Part shown: piece after piece, positions 1 to 10,100 of the stretch
Position numbering within the stretch: the first letter of the stretch is position 1
Layout: each line of letters opens with the position of its first letter
Assembly (NCBI GenBank): GCA_963828495.1
Contig: CAWHFJ010000025.1
Location: forward strand, 1 to 58,131
Direction of reading: 5' to 3'
DNA from: Candidatus Omnitrophota bacterium
Lineage (GTDB): Bacteria; Omnitrophota; Gorgyraeia; Zapsychrales; Fredricksoniimonadaceae
Length of the DNA stretch: 58,131 nt
Made by a program: the position numbers and the translations under genes
Notes under the pieces: model-generated
Databases searched by the model: none
The model's input: the letters and a program-made list of their open reading frames with translations, nothing else
What the model was told of the DNA's origin: nothing

Positions 1-81
1 GAGGTTGTTTTAGAGGAGTTTGGCAAGGTAAGAGACATGATCGTTGCCAAATTTAAGGACTTTAAAACCGCACTTCTTTAA
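1..81 (+). CDS. 3' end of an unidentified CDS entering from the left edge (...KFKDFKTALL*)
   Basis: Frame 1 is open from base 1 to TAA at 79-81. No recognisable motif in the 26 aa. Confidence 0.3.
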   Translation, partial: EVVLEEFGKVRDMIVAKFKDFKTALL

Positions 82-125
82 CCCCCACATTTTTCCTAGC
101 AAAGAAGGCACTTTTTTAACAAAGA

Positions 126-163
126 ATAAAAAAATTCTTATTTTATTTTAACCTTCTTTTTAT
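126..163 (+). repeat. AT-rich conserved intergenic element, copy 1 (partner at 14852-14889)
   Basis: 33 of 38 nt identical to 14852-14889, including an exact 15-mer ttattttattttaac (138-152 vs 14864-14878). Both copies lie just after a stop codon and about 60-70 nt before the next start. Confidence 0.5.
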
Positions 164-221
164 GGGCCTTATGTTAAAAAATAACAAGTTTACTAAACTT
201 TAAAATAAAAAGGAGTGGAAG

Positions 222-365
222 ATGAAAAAAACAATGGAAATTCAAGAGATATCTGTTCAAAAACCTTTTTCCCGGGATTGGTTACGGTATGAAATGACGG
301 AAGACGATTTTTTGTTAGGCAACGCAGGTCAATTTTCTCATCATGATTGGGAATGTGATGAATAA
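222..365 (+). CDS. small ORF, 47 aa, hypothetical (MKKTMEIQEISVQKPFSRDWLRYEMTEDDFLLGNAGQFSHHDWECDE)
   Basis: ATG preceded by aaaaggag at the right spacing. Below the ORF-track cutoff. Followed by a hairpin plus T-run. No known motif. Confidence 0.35.
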   Translation: MKKTMEIQEISVQKPFSRDWLRYEMTEDDFLLGNAGQFSHHDWECDE

Positions 366-390
366 AAGTATTTTGATGAAGGAGTGATTT

Positions 391-428
391 AACCCGTTGC
401 AGATGAATAATTTGTAGCGGGTTTTTTG
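391..428 (+). terminator. putative rho-independent terminator after the small ORF
   Basis: aacccg...cgggtt stem (imperfect extension) followed by tttttt. Confidence 0.4.
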
Positions 429-536
429 TTGACCCTTGACGGGAGTTAGAACCTTCCTTAAAAAAGTGTGGGCAGGACAGAAGGGGTGGACTATAATTAC
501 AATTAAGTTGTGTTACTGAAATGGGGAGGAGAATTT

Positions 537-1265
537 ATGACGGAATTTGAAAAATCACATTGGGCCCAAAAAGATTTTTCCAATCAGTACCTGGAAGACT
601 CGGACATCTATATTGTTGAAAGAAGAAGGTTGTTTGAAATTCTAAAATCATTTTATAGGTATTTTTTTGCAAATAAGAAAAATAATAAGATTCTGGATTT
701 AGGTTGTGGGGATGGCATCCTTACGCGAGAACTTTTGAAGATAGATGCGTCCATTTCAGCGACGTTAGTTGATGGTTCACAGGAGATGTTGAGCAAAGCC
801 AAGGAAAAACTATCTGGCGTTGAAGGCATTAATTATGTTAGGGCAAGTTTTCAGGAATTGTTAAGAAAAGACGTTGCTCTTGCCAATTTCGATTTTGTTG
901 TTTCTTCGCTGGCTATTCATCACCTGAATATGAAGGAGAAGAAGTCATTATTTGAATATATCTATTCACGCTTAAATAGCGGCGGATATTTTGTGAACAT
1001 AGATGTCGTTTTTTCGCCAACAGAGAATCTTGAAGGATGGTATCTTCTTTTATGGAAAGAACACATAAAAGAAGTGCAAACCAGATTGAAATTGGAAGGT
1101 AATTATGAGGATATTGTAGAAAGATATAGAAGTAATAAGGATAATCAGCCGGACACTTTAACAGCCCAATTAAAAGCATTGAAATCTGTTGGTTTTAAAG
1201 AAGTTGATTGCTTTTACAAATATGGGATATTCACGATATTTGGCGGGAAGAAATTGGAGGGTTAA
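537..1265 (+). CDS. class I SAM-dependent methyltransferase
   Basis: Motif I ILDLGCGDGILT, acidic loop LVDGSQEML, VSSLAIHHL, SGGYFVNID. ATG at 537 follows ggggagga. The ORF-track start at 510 is probably too early. Confidence 0.8.
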   Translation: MTEFEKSHWAQKDFSNQYLEDSDIYIVERRRLFEILKSFYRYFFANKKNNKILDLGCGDGILTRELLKIDASISATLVDGSQEMLSKAKEKLSGVEGINYVRASFQELLRKDVALANFDFVVSSLAIHHLNMKEKKSLFEYIYSRLNSGGYFVNIDVVFSPTENLEGWYLLLWKEHIKEVQTRLKLEGNYEDIVERYRSNKDNQPDTLTAQLKALKSVGFKEVDCFYKYGIFTIFGGKKLEG

Positions 1266-1293
1266 ATCAGCTCCATTAACAAGTTGAAGCCAT

Positions 1294-1326
1294 CAAACAG
1301 GTCCTAACTTGCTTTGCCCAACGACC
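1294..1326 (+). repeat. boundary repeat copy A (aaacaggtCctaacttg...ccaacgacc)
   Basis: 26 of 32 nt identical to copy B at 7002-7033. Lies between the methyltransferase stop and the symporter start. Confidence 0.55.
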
Positions 1327-1327
1327 A

Positions 1328-2559
1328 ATGTTAGAGAAACCGGCCTTTTTCAAACACTATAGTGCTTCATTAATGCTCCTGGGTGCCATTGCCGTTGGAT
1401 GCGCATTGGGCTTGGGTTAAAAGAAAAAGCGGTTGTTTTTAAGCCTTTTGGCGATGTGTTTCTTAATCTGTTGTTTACCCTCGTTGTCCCCCTGGTTTTC
1501 TTTTCTTTGTCATCCACTGTTGCCGCCATGCCAGATTTAAAACGTCTCGGCCGGATCCTGGTATGGATGATGGTTGTTTTTATAGTCACCGGCATCATTG
1601 CCTGTGGCTTTATGATCATAGCTGTCCGGATATATCCGCCCGCTCAAGGTGTTACTCTTGCCTTGCCTTCCCATGTCAATGCCCAACAGCTGAACATGGG
1701 GGAGACCATCATCAAGGCATTTACCGTGTCCGATTTTGCGGATCTTCTTTCTAAGAAAAACATGCTCCCGTTGATTGTTTTTGCCCTTCTTTTGGGTATC
1801 TCCGCTTCCGCCGCGGGGCCCAAGGCCCGTGCCTTCATTGATTTTCTGGTTGCTGCCAACCATGTGATGGAAAAAATGATTTCTTACATTATGCTTTATG
1901 CGCCCATTGGTTTAGGTGCCTATTTCGCCTATCTGGTCGGTATTTTAGGCCCACAGTTGTTGGGCACATATGTGCGTGCCGTGGAATTATATTATCCCAT
2001 GGCATTCTTTTATTTCTTTTTTGCATTTACCGTTTACGCTTATTTTGCCGGGGGGCTAAGTTGCATCAAAATGTTTTGGAAGAACATTATGCCAGTGGCA
2101 TTGATAGCTTGGGGCACAGGCAGCAGCATTGCTTCCATCCCCGCCAATATGGAGGCAGCCAAACGCATCGGCGTCCCTGAGGAGCTGCGGGAGGTGATCA
2201 TCCCTATCGGAGGGGCCACGCTTCACCTGGAAGGGTCCTGCTTGTCCGCCATTTTAAAAATCGCCTTGTTGTTTGGGTTGTTTCATATACCGTTTGCTTC
2301 GGCAGGGACCATAGCAACTGCAGTCGGCATCGCTCTTTTGAGCGGGACGGTCATGAGCGGTATCCCCGGAGGAGGGTTTTTGGGAGAGTTGTTGATTGTG
2401 ACCATGTATGGTTTTCCAGTGGAAGCCTTGCCTATCATTTCCATGGTTGGGACCCTGATCGACCCGCCTGCCACTATGGTTAATGCTACCGGAGACAATA
2501 TTTGCTGTATGCTGGCCGCCCGTATTTTATATGGCAGAAACTGGATGCCGGTTAGATGA
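1328..2559 (+). CDS. dicarboxylate/amino acid:cation symporter (DAACS/GltP family), frameshifted as read
   Basis: N-terminal 30 aa (MLEKPAFFKHYSASLMLLGAIAVGCALGLG) are in another frame and run into TAA at 1418-1420. The rest (LKEKAVVFKPFGDVFLNLLFTLVVPLVFFSL...GGATLHLEG...IDPPATMVNATGD) matches the family. A 1-nt loss at ggtt(t)aaaag restores a single ORF. Confidence 0.8.
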
Positions 2560-2605
2560 AAAAGATTAGTCCAACCCGTATAATACGTGGAGGTATCTAA
2601 CTACA

Positions 2606-3244
2606 TTGAGACCTGCGTTTTATTTTATTCTATTGGTTGCACAAGGATGTTGCCCTGTTACTCCCCATGCTCTGCAGGTGCTGGAAGCACCGATTAACCA
2701 AGCCATTGTTGTCCATCCGTTGAATAAAAATTCCACTCAAGCCCAGCTAAGTACCTGGCAAAGAGAGGGGGCCGTCTGGCGACGTTTACTTTTTATTAGC
2801 GCGGTGATTGGTAAAAACGGCTTGGGCTTAGCTGGTCAGAAAAAAGAAGGGGACGGCAAAACCCCCTCAGGCGTATATCCTCTTGGCCCAGCTTTCGGCT
2901 ACGCCCCGTTTATAAACACCGGCCTTTCATACCGCCAGGCGGGACCAAATGATTTTTGGGTGGATGATAAGCAATCACGGCAATATAATCAATGGGTCAG
3001 CGGTATGCCCGATGCCAAGTCTTTTGAACGGATGAGGCGCTCTGACGGTCTTTATCAGTACGGGATTGTCATCGGCTATAATAGGCATCCGGTCATATCT
3101 GGTGCCGGGAGCGCCATTTTTATGCATGTCTGGCGGGGGTACAACAGCCCCACCTCCGGCTGTGTGGCGGTCAATCAGAGATACCTGCGTAAAATCCTGC
3201 GCTGGTTGAACCGGCAAGACCATCCCGTTATACTTTTGGAATAA
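2606..3244 (+). CDS. L,D-transpeptidase catalytic-domain (YkuD-like) protein, secreted
   Basis: Hydrophobic N-terminus. Catalytic signature FMHVW...SPTSGCVAV (His ... S/T-x-G-C). TTG start assumed. Confidence 0.65.
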   Translation: MRPAFYFILLVAQGCCPVTPHALQVLEAPINQAIVVHPLNKNSTQAQLSTWQREGAVWRRLLFISAVIGKNGLGLAGQKKEGDGKTPSGVYPLGPAFGYAPFINTGLSYRQAGPNDFWVDDKQSRQYNQWVSGMPDAKSFERMRRSDGLYQYGIVIGYNRHPVISGAGSAIFMHVWRGYNSPTSGCVAVNQRYLRKILRWLNRQDHPVILLE

Positions 3245-3375
3245 TCATCCAGAGATAGAACTTCATTAAGGTTCTGATATTATGGTTCTCTGTAATCTTT
3301 ATTAGATTGCGGGGTTTTTTTGTTTGGGGTAGAATGACTTCTTCAAGAAGATTATTTGAGGGCAAGGAGGTTGAT

Positions 3376-4383
3376 ATGAACTATGTAAACTTAGGGAAAA
3401 CCGGATTAAAAGTGTCTCGCATTTGTCTTGGCTGTATGAGCTATGGGAAGCCTAAAGTGGAGCCGGGGCCGGGAACGCTTAATTGGCCATGGACTTTGAG
3501 CGAGGAAGAAAGTCGTCCCTACATCAAGCGTGCTTTGGAGTTGGGGATAAACTTTTTTGACACGGCTAATGTCTATTCGGCCGGTGAGAGCGAAGCGGTG
3601 CTTGGGGCGGCGATCCGTGACTTTGCACGTCGTGATGAAGTTGTTCTAGCTACCAAGGTCTGGGCACCTGTTCGACCAGACCCCAACGGCAAGGGTCTTT
3701 CACGTAAGGCGATTCTGACGGAAGTGGACAAGAGTTTACAGCGGCTTGGCACTGACTATATTGATCTTTACATTATTCATCGCTTTGATTACGAAACACC
3801 GCTGGAAGAAACCCTTGAAGCGCTTAATGATGTTGTTCGATCTGGTAAGGCTCGTTATATCGGTGCGTCCTCAATGTATGCGTGGCAGTTTATGAAAGCG
3901 ATAGGTATTCAGCGCGCCAAAGGTTGGGCGACATTCGTCTCAATGCAGAATTTTTACAATCTCCTTAACCGTGAGGAAGAACGGGAAATGCTTCGTCTAT
4001 GTCAGTCCGAAGGCATTGGTGTGACACCGTGGTCACCGCTTGCGCGTGGCCGGCTGGCGCGGCCTTGGACCCCAGAGCCGCAAACCAATCGGGCAAAGAC
4101 GGACAATTTTGCCAAAAGAATATTTACCAAGACGGAAGATATGGACAAGATTGTTATTGACCGTGTGAACGAAGTTGCGCGTGCGCGTGGGTTGGCGCCA
4201 TCACAAATTGCGCTTGCATGGCTTTTCCATAAACCAGTGATCACAGCGCCCATTGTCGGTGCCACCAAGCCTAATCATCTGGAAGATGCTATTGCGGCGC
4301 TCTCAGTGAAGCTTTCGGATGAGGAAATTGGTCGATTGGAAGAAGTATATCAGTACCATCCGCCGACTGAGGCGTTTTCCTAA
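3376..4383 (+). CDS. aldo/keto reductase
   Basis: GLKVSRICLGCMSYG, INFFDTANVYSAGESE, IDLYIIHRFD, GKARYIGASS. ATG at 3376 follows aaggagg. Confidence 0.85.
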   Translation: MNYVNLGKTGLKVSRICLGCMSYGKPKVEPGPGTLNWPWTLSEEESRPYIKRALELGINFFDTANVYSAGESEAVLGAAIRDFARRDEVVLATKVWAPVRPDPNGKGLSRKAILTEVDKSLQRLGTDYIDLYIIHRFDYETPLEETLEALNDVVRSGKARYIGASSMYAWQFMKAIGIQRAKGWATFVSMQNFYNLLNREEEREMLRLCQSEGIGVTPWSPLARGRLARPWTPEPQTNRAKTDNFAKRIFTKTEDMDKIVIDRVNEVARARGLAPSQIALAWLFHKPVITAPIVGATKPNHLEDAIAALSVKLSDEEIGRLEEVYQYHPPTEAFS

Positions 4384-4397
4384 GGAGGGAAGTTGTT

Positions 4398-5432
4398 ATG
4401 CGCTATAATTTATTAGGACAGACAGGCTTATATGTATCGCAACTTGCTTTAGGAACAATGACTTTTGGTGGTCGCGGCTTCTGGGAAAAAATTGGCAGTC
4501 TTAAGCTTGATGACGTAACGGCTCTTGTTAAAAAATCTTTTGATTCCGGTATTAACTTCATAGATACCGCCAATGTTTATTCTCTTGGTGAATCGGAGCA
4601 GCTAACAGGCCAGGCGATAAAGAAGTTAGGCCTTGCGCGTGAGGAGCTGGTCATAGCCACGAAGGCCACGGGGATTATGAACGAACTGCCCAATGGACGG
4701 GGACAATCGCGTTATCATCTGATGAATGAAGTTGATGCGAGTCTGAAGCGTTTACAAATGGATCATATTGATTTATATCAACTGCATGGATTTGACCCCC
4801 TGACGCCTCTTGAAGAAGCTCTTTCGACTTTAAATGATTTAGTCCGCTCAGGGAAGGTCCGCTACATTGGTTTATGCAATATGGCTTCATGGCAGATTAT
4901 GAAGGGACTTGCTATTTCCGACAAGCGCAACTGGGCACGTTTTGAAAGTGTGCAGGCACATTACACCATTGCCAGTCGTGATCTTGAGAGGGAAATAATT
5001 CCGCTTGTGCAAGATCAGAAAATGGGGGTTATGGTGTGGAGTCCGCTGGCCGGAGGATTATTGAGTGGAAAATATAAGGCTGACGCAAAGGGGCCTACAG
5101 GCGCAAGGCGTACGGATTTTGATTTTCCCCCTGTGGACAAAGTAAGGGCCTTTAAATGTGTGGATGTGATGCGGCCGATCGCCCAAAAGCATCAGGTATC
5201 TGTAGCTCAAGTGTCCCTTGCATGGCTTCTGAGTAAATCCTATGTGACCTCAGTTATTATCGGAGCCAAGACCCTCGTACAACTTGAGGACAATATCGCA
5301 TCAACGAAACTGAAATTATCTGAAACTGAGTTAAAGGCGCTGGAAGATGTTAGCCAGCTGCCTGTGGAATACCCTGGTTGGATGCTTGCTTTTCAGGGGC
5401 AATATCGTGCTAAAGCGCCAGTAAAGGAGTGA
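4398..5432 (+). CDS. aldo/keto reductase (second, tandem paralogue)
   Basis: GLYVSQLALGTMTFG, INFIDTANVYSLGESE, IDLYQLHGFD, GKVRYIGLCN. Confidence 0.85.
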   Translation: MRYNLLGQTGLYVSQLALGTMTFGGRGFWEKIGSLKLDDVTALVKKSFDSGINFIDTANVYSLGESEQLTGQAIKKLGLAREELVIATKATGIMNELPNGRGQSRYHLMNEVDASLKRLQMDHIDLYQLHGFDPLTPLEEALSTLNDLVRSGKVRYIGLCNMASWQIMKGLAISDKRNWARFESVQAHYTIASRDLEREIIPLVQDQKMGVMVWSPLAGGLLSGKYKADAKGPTGARRTDFDFPPVDKVRAFKCVDVMRPIAQKHQVSVAQVSLAWLLSKSYVTSVIIGAKTLVQLEDNIASTKLKLSETELKALEDVSQLPVEYPGWMLAFQGQYRAKAPVKE

Positions 5433-5434
5433 AG

Positions 5435-5713
5435 ATGAAAAAGAAAGTGATAGCCAGGCTTTTCATTAAGAATGGATCAATAGAAAGCTTTAAGAAACAA
5501 GCTGATGAGATGATTCAAAAGACCAGAAAAGAAAAAGGGTGTCTTTTTTACAGCCTGTTTCAAGATGTTTCCAGTCCTGGAGAATTCTTATTTTATGAAG
5601 AATATGCCAGCCAGGATGCGTTGGACATCCATTTTAAGTCGGAGTATTTGAAAATTTTCAGAACAAGCGTTAGTAACATGCAATCTAAAGAAACAGTCGT
5701 TGATATAATTTGA
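5435..5713 (+). CDS. antibiotic-biosynthesis-monooxygenase (ABM) domain protein / putative quinol monooxygenase
   Basis: About 92 aa with a ferredoxin-like ABM pattern (ARLFIK...GCLFYSLFQD...FLFYEEYASQDALDIHFKSEY). aaggag lies 5 nt upstream of the ATG at 5435. Confidence 0.7.
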   Translation: MKKKVIARLFIKNGSIESFKKQADEMIQKTRKEKGCLFYSLFQDVSSPGEFLFYEEYASQDALDIHFKSEYLKIFRTSVSNMQSKETVVDII

Positions 5714-5731
5714 AAAGGAAGGAGTACATTT

Positions 5732-6238
5732 ATGTCACTATCAATGTATCAAGCTTCTATACCGGTTTTTATAAAGAATCTAAGTAATTTATCAGCGATT
5801 CTTAAAAAAGCAGAAGCGCATGCTCTGCCCAAGAAAATCGAGCTGGATGTTTTTGTTAATGCCCGATTGGCTCCGGACATGTTCCCGCTGTCACGTCAAA
5901 TACAAATTGCCACTGATGGGGCCAAAGGATGTGCGGCGCGTCTGTCCGGCGTTGAAATTCCAAGTTACCCGGATACTGAGAAGACTTTTCCTGAGTTGCA
6001 GGCACGGATTACTAAGACCATTGAATTTTTAAAGACTTTCAACGCAAAACAGATCGACGGCAGTGAAGAACGCAAGGTTGTCTTGAAGCTCCAGGGTAAG
6101 GAAACCAGTTTTTTGGGGCAACCATATCTATTAAATTTCGTTCTGCCCAATTTTTATTTTCACATTTGTATGGCCTATGCCATTCTCCGGCATAATGGGG
6201 TAGACATCGGTAAGAAGGATTTTATCGGGGGCCTTTAG
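5732..6238 (+). CDS. DUF1993 domain protein
   Basis: N-terminus MSLSMYQASIPVFIKNLSNLSAILKKAEAHA... and ARLAPDMFPLSRQIQIATD are as I remember for DUF1993 (from memory). Confidence 0.65.
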   Translation: MSLSMYQASIPVFIKNLSNLSAILKKAEAHALPKKIELDVFVNARLAPDMFPLSRQIQIATDGAKGCAARLSGVEIPSYPDTEKTFPELQARITKTIEFLKTFNAKQIDGSEERKVVLKLQGKETSFLGQPYLLNFVLPNFYFHICMAYAILRHNGVDIGKKDFIGGL

Positions 6239-6270
6239 TTGTAAGATCAAAGAATTGGGAAGGGGGCTTT

Positions 6271-6576
6271 ATGAAATGGTATCACTATGTTGCTTGCTTC
6301 TTCGCTGGTATGTTCTTAGCTAACGCCGTTCCCCATTATGTGCACGGGATATCGGGTGATGGTTTCCCTTCTCCATTTGCCAATCCTCCGGGAAAGGGGC
6401 TGTCATCTCCAATAATAAATGTTATTTGGGGGCTGGTTAATGTAATCGTTGGGTACATTCTTTTAAGAACGGGTAAAGTCTCCAATTCAAATAAATGGAA
6501 TCTTTTTGTATTTTTTGCTGGTGTTGTTTGCATGAGTATAATATTAAGCTTCGCATTTGTTGACAAGATGCGTTAA
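6271..6576 (+). CDS. small integral membrane protein, hypothetical
   Basis: Three hydrophobic segments and a good RBS (gggaaggggg). Confidence 0.5.
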   Translation: MKWYHYVACFFAGMFLANAVPHYVHGISGDGFPSPFANPPGKGLSSPIINVIWGLVNVIVGYILLRTGKVSNSNKWNLFVFFAGVVCMSIILSFAFVDKMR

Positions 6577-6603
6577 GAGGTCAATAGGGGAAGGAATCAA
6601 AAT

Positions 6604-7014
6604 ATGGACATCAAAAGAATTGGCTCACAACCATCCAACAAAGGACCGGCCGATTGGTTTACAGGCACGGTGCGCATAGACCCTTTATTTCAAACAAGTG
6701 CTCCGGCCCGTGTGGCTGGCGCCAGTGTCACCTTTGAGCCCGGCGCCAGGACAATATGGCACGCCCATCCGTTGGGCCAAACCTTGATTGTGACTGCTGG
6801 TTGTGGTTGGGTGCAACGCCAAGGGGGACCGGTTGAAGAAATGCATCCAGGCGATGTGGTTTTGATTGCGCCTGGTGAGAAGCATTGGCATGGCGCCACG
6901 GCAACTACTGCTGTAACACATATTGCCGTTCATGAACATGTAGACGGTAAGGTCGTTGATTGGATGGAGCGGGTGAATGACGAACAATACCGCTTTGTAT
7001 TAAACAGGTTCTAA
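6604..7014 (+). CDS. cupin domain protein
   Basis: Cupin_2 pattern [17 protein letters not shown]...[16 protein letters not shown]. Confidence 0.8.
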   Translation: MDIKRIGSQPSNKGPADWFTGTVRIDPLFQTSAPARVAGASVTFEPGARTIWHAHPLGQTLIVTAGCGWVQRQGGPVEEMHPGDVVLIAPGEKHWHGATATTAVTHIAVHEHVDGKVVDWMERVNDEQYRFVLNRF

Positions 7015-7033
7015 CTTGGGCCGTCCAACGACC
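7000..7033 (+). repeat. boundary repeat copy B (ttaaacaggttctaacttg...ccaacgacc)
   Basis: 16-nt exact match to copy C (7000-7015 = 10450-10465) and a 26/32 match to copy A. Overlaps the cupin stop codon. Confidence 0.6.
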
Positions 7034-7054
7034 CTAACATTTGAAATAACATAA

Positions 7055-7092
7055 GCCTCTGTGACTACGCAAGTTGCAGAGGCCTTGTTTTT
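7055..7092 (+). terminator. rho-independent terminator after the cupin gene
   Basis: gcctctg (7055-7061) pairs with cagaggc (7077-7083), followed by cttgttttt. Confidence 0.65.
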
Positions 7093-7196
7093 ATCCTCCT
7101 ACCGTATTTCTTACCGGGTGGTTTTCGTCTATATAAATGTTGTATACTTATATGGAGAAGAAACTATTGATATTTTAGGAAGTATCTTTAAATGAT

Positions 7197-10100
7197 ATGA
7201 GCCGAACCCCATTAGCCCACATAATTATCCTTACAGCCTTTTTGGTTAATACATTTGGGCCCATGCCTTTGGTCCAAGCTCAAGACTTTCGTTTGCCTGT
7301 TCCTGGGGTGATGGTTCATTTAAGCCCGGAATTTAATCCACCAATCTTGAAGGCATTAAAGTCCATCCCGATAATCCATTCCAATTTGATTTTATCTTGG
7401 ATAAAGGTGATAGCCGGTTAGGTAATGACCAGCTTAAAGATGAATCCACTAAGTTGATTAAATATTTCCTTGCCAGCCTGACAATTCCTGAAAAAGATCT
7501 ATGGGTTAACTTATCGCCTTATGAAAAAGATCGCATTATCCCCACAAGTTTTGGGTTAACCGGAATGGGCCGGGACCTGCTGGCGGAAGATTACATGCTG
7601 AAACAGATAACCGCGAGTTTGATTTATCCTGAAGGTGAAGTCGGAAAGAAATTTTGGAAACGCATCTATGAAGAAGCAGCCAAAAAATTTGGCACAACCA
7701 ATATTCCGGTCAATACGTTTAATAAGGTATGGATACTCCCTGAGAAGGCGGTTGTTTATGAGAATGCCAAGGCAGGGACGGCCTATGTAGTTGAAAGCAA
7801 ATTAAAGGTCATGCTGGAACAAGACTATCTTTCCCTTGAGAAACATGAGGGGATTCAAGCAACCCAGAGGAACCAGCCTAACGCCGTACAACCAAGCGCC
7901 CTGGGCTCTCAAATCGTCCGCGAGATAGTCATCCCCGAACTGACCCGTGAAGTCAACGAAGGCAAAAACTTCGCCCAACTGCGCCAAGTCTACAACAGCC
8001 TCATTTTAGCCACATGGTACAAAAAGAAAATCAAAGACAGTATTTTGTCTCAAGTATATGCGGATAAAAATAAGGTGACAGGTGTTAATATCGATGATCC
8101 GCAGGAGAAAGAGAGGATTTATCAGCGATATCTTAGAGCTTTTAAGAAAGGCGTCTTTAATTATATCAAAGAAGATGCAATCTCTATCCCCGATATGCCG
8201 AGCAAGGAACAGGGAATATTTCCAAGAAAATATTTTTCCGGCGGTGAAGATTTAATTAATATGGATAGCGCGATGAACATTACGCAATTGGTCCCCCAAA
8301 AATTTACTATTAAAGGCAGCTTAGTTAGAATTTTCAGCAAAATGGATGCGGCAATGGATGTGCCACATTATGCGGATAGATTAAAATTCTTAAATCCTGA
8401 GTATGTTTCTTCATATGAAGATTCGCCGCCTTCTCGCATAGGAAATCAAGATATGTCTGTCAATGTAACCCAACCAATGAAAGTAAAAGGTCTAGATGAA
8501 TTATTATCTGAATTTAATAAAGAAACCATTAATCAACATATAGAAGTTGTTATGTTAGGAGCTGGGAATGCGGTAGCGTATCATCCGGATATCAATTCTT
8601 CGCCCCAAGCCATAGAAATAATTGGGGCACTGAGTAATGGAAGGCAAGGAGTGCTTGACTTTACAATTGTTGACCGCAGCCCTAAAGTACTCGAGGTGGC
8701 TACAGGTAGGGATCAAAAATACGTAAGTAATGATTTTATCTCGGATTCCGTAAATCATATGGTGACTTCCCATAATGTAATTGCAGGTCGACGTGTTTAT
8801 AATATTGTTATCCATGACAACACAAATTTAGAAAGTTTTAGAGGTAGCTTTCAAGAATTGATGTATGGGGAAAATCAAGTTAATTTGATTATAGCAACAA
8901 ATTCCTTAATTTATTCCTATAGAGCGCTCAATTATGATAAAGGGGCTTACTTAGCATTGATCCTTAGTTTGATAAGAGCGTTAAAGCCATCAGGGAAATT
9001 ACTGATAGATCGACCTTCCCTTGCTGCTTTTATGCCACAAATGGGGGAAGGGAGAGAGGATTCTATAATCAAGGAATCAGATGCCAAAAGATTCGAAGGG
9101 GAGGTTCAAAAATTTGAGGAAGATTTATATAAAAATTACGGGGTAGATATTAGATTGAGATTTTATGATGGCATTGTCGAAATTGAAAAACTGCCCAATT
9201 TAATCAAACGCATTCGAGCCTACGTTAAATCCAGGCTTTTTGCAGAGGGATCGGTTGGACGGGGCCCCATCAGATTTAACTCTCGAATAATTAAAATAGG
9301 CAGCACCCCATTTGACCAGAAAATGGCGGTGGTCACTAAGGAGATAAATAAGATTAGGGCCGGGTTGCGCCAATATTTTACAACAGAAAGTCCGGAGTTT
9401 GATGGTGAAATATCGGAAGGATTGGAAGCTAAAATTTATTATGATGCGCGTGATCCGACGCACAGAAGGTTTTATAAAATATTTTCTAGAGGGGGGGAAC
9501 AGAATGAAGATGAAATCGTATTTTTAAAATATTTGGAAAGTAAGGGAGTTGCAGACGTTCCCAGAGTCTTAGATTGGGGTTTTATAGGTAATGATGTATG
9601 GGCCCATATGGAAGGCATTGCAGAAGCCCAGAGTATCCAAATTTTTAATAAGCAGACCGGGGAGTTGAAATTCTCGCCCATTTGGACTAGGTTAAGCTTT
9701 CCACAGCGTCTTGCTGTGCTCGCTAAAGTAGCTAAGATTTTGTCGGAGGTCCATAAAATGGGGATCAGTGATAACGATGTGAAACCCCTGAATATTATTA
9801 TCAATGATCAAGGGGATGTTATGGTGATTGATTGGAATATTGCTGTGAAATTAGGACAGGAACAAATAATGGGAACTACAGGGTATAGAGCACCAGAGGA
9901 AATAATAATGCTAGACCAGACAGATGTTTATGGTTTGGGGAAAACCATTTACTATAGTCTTGTATCATCACCAGAATACCTTGAGGCTACGGACTTAGCC
10001 AGATGCTTAAGAAATTTCGAAGATGAGATGACACGGCCAAACAATGAAGCCAATAATCGGCCATCGATGGAAGAATCTGCCGAATATCTAGGGGAAATTG

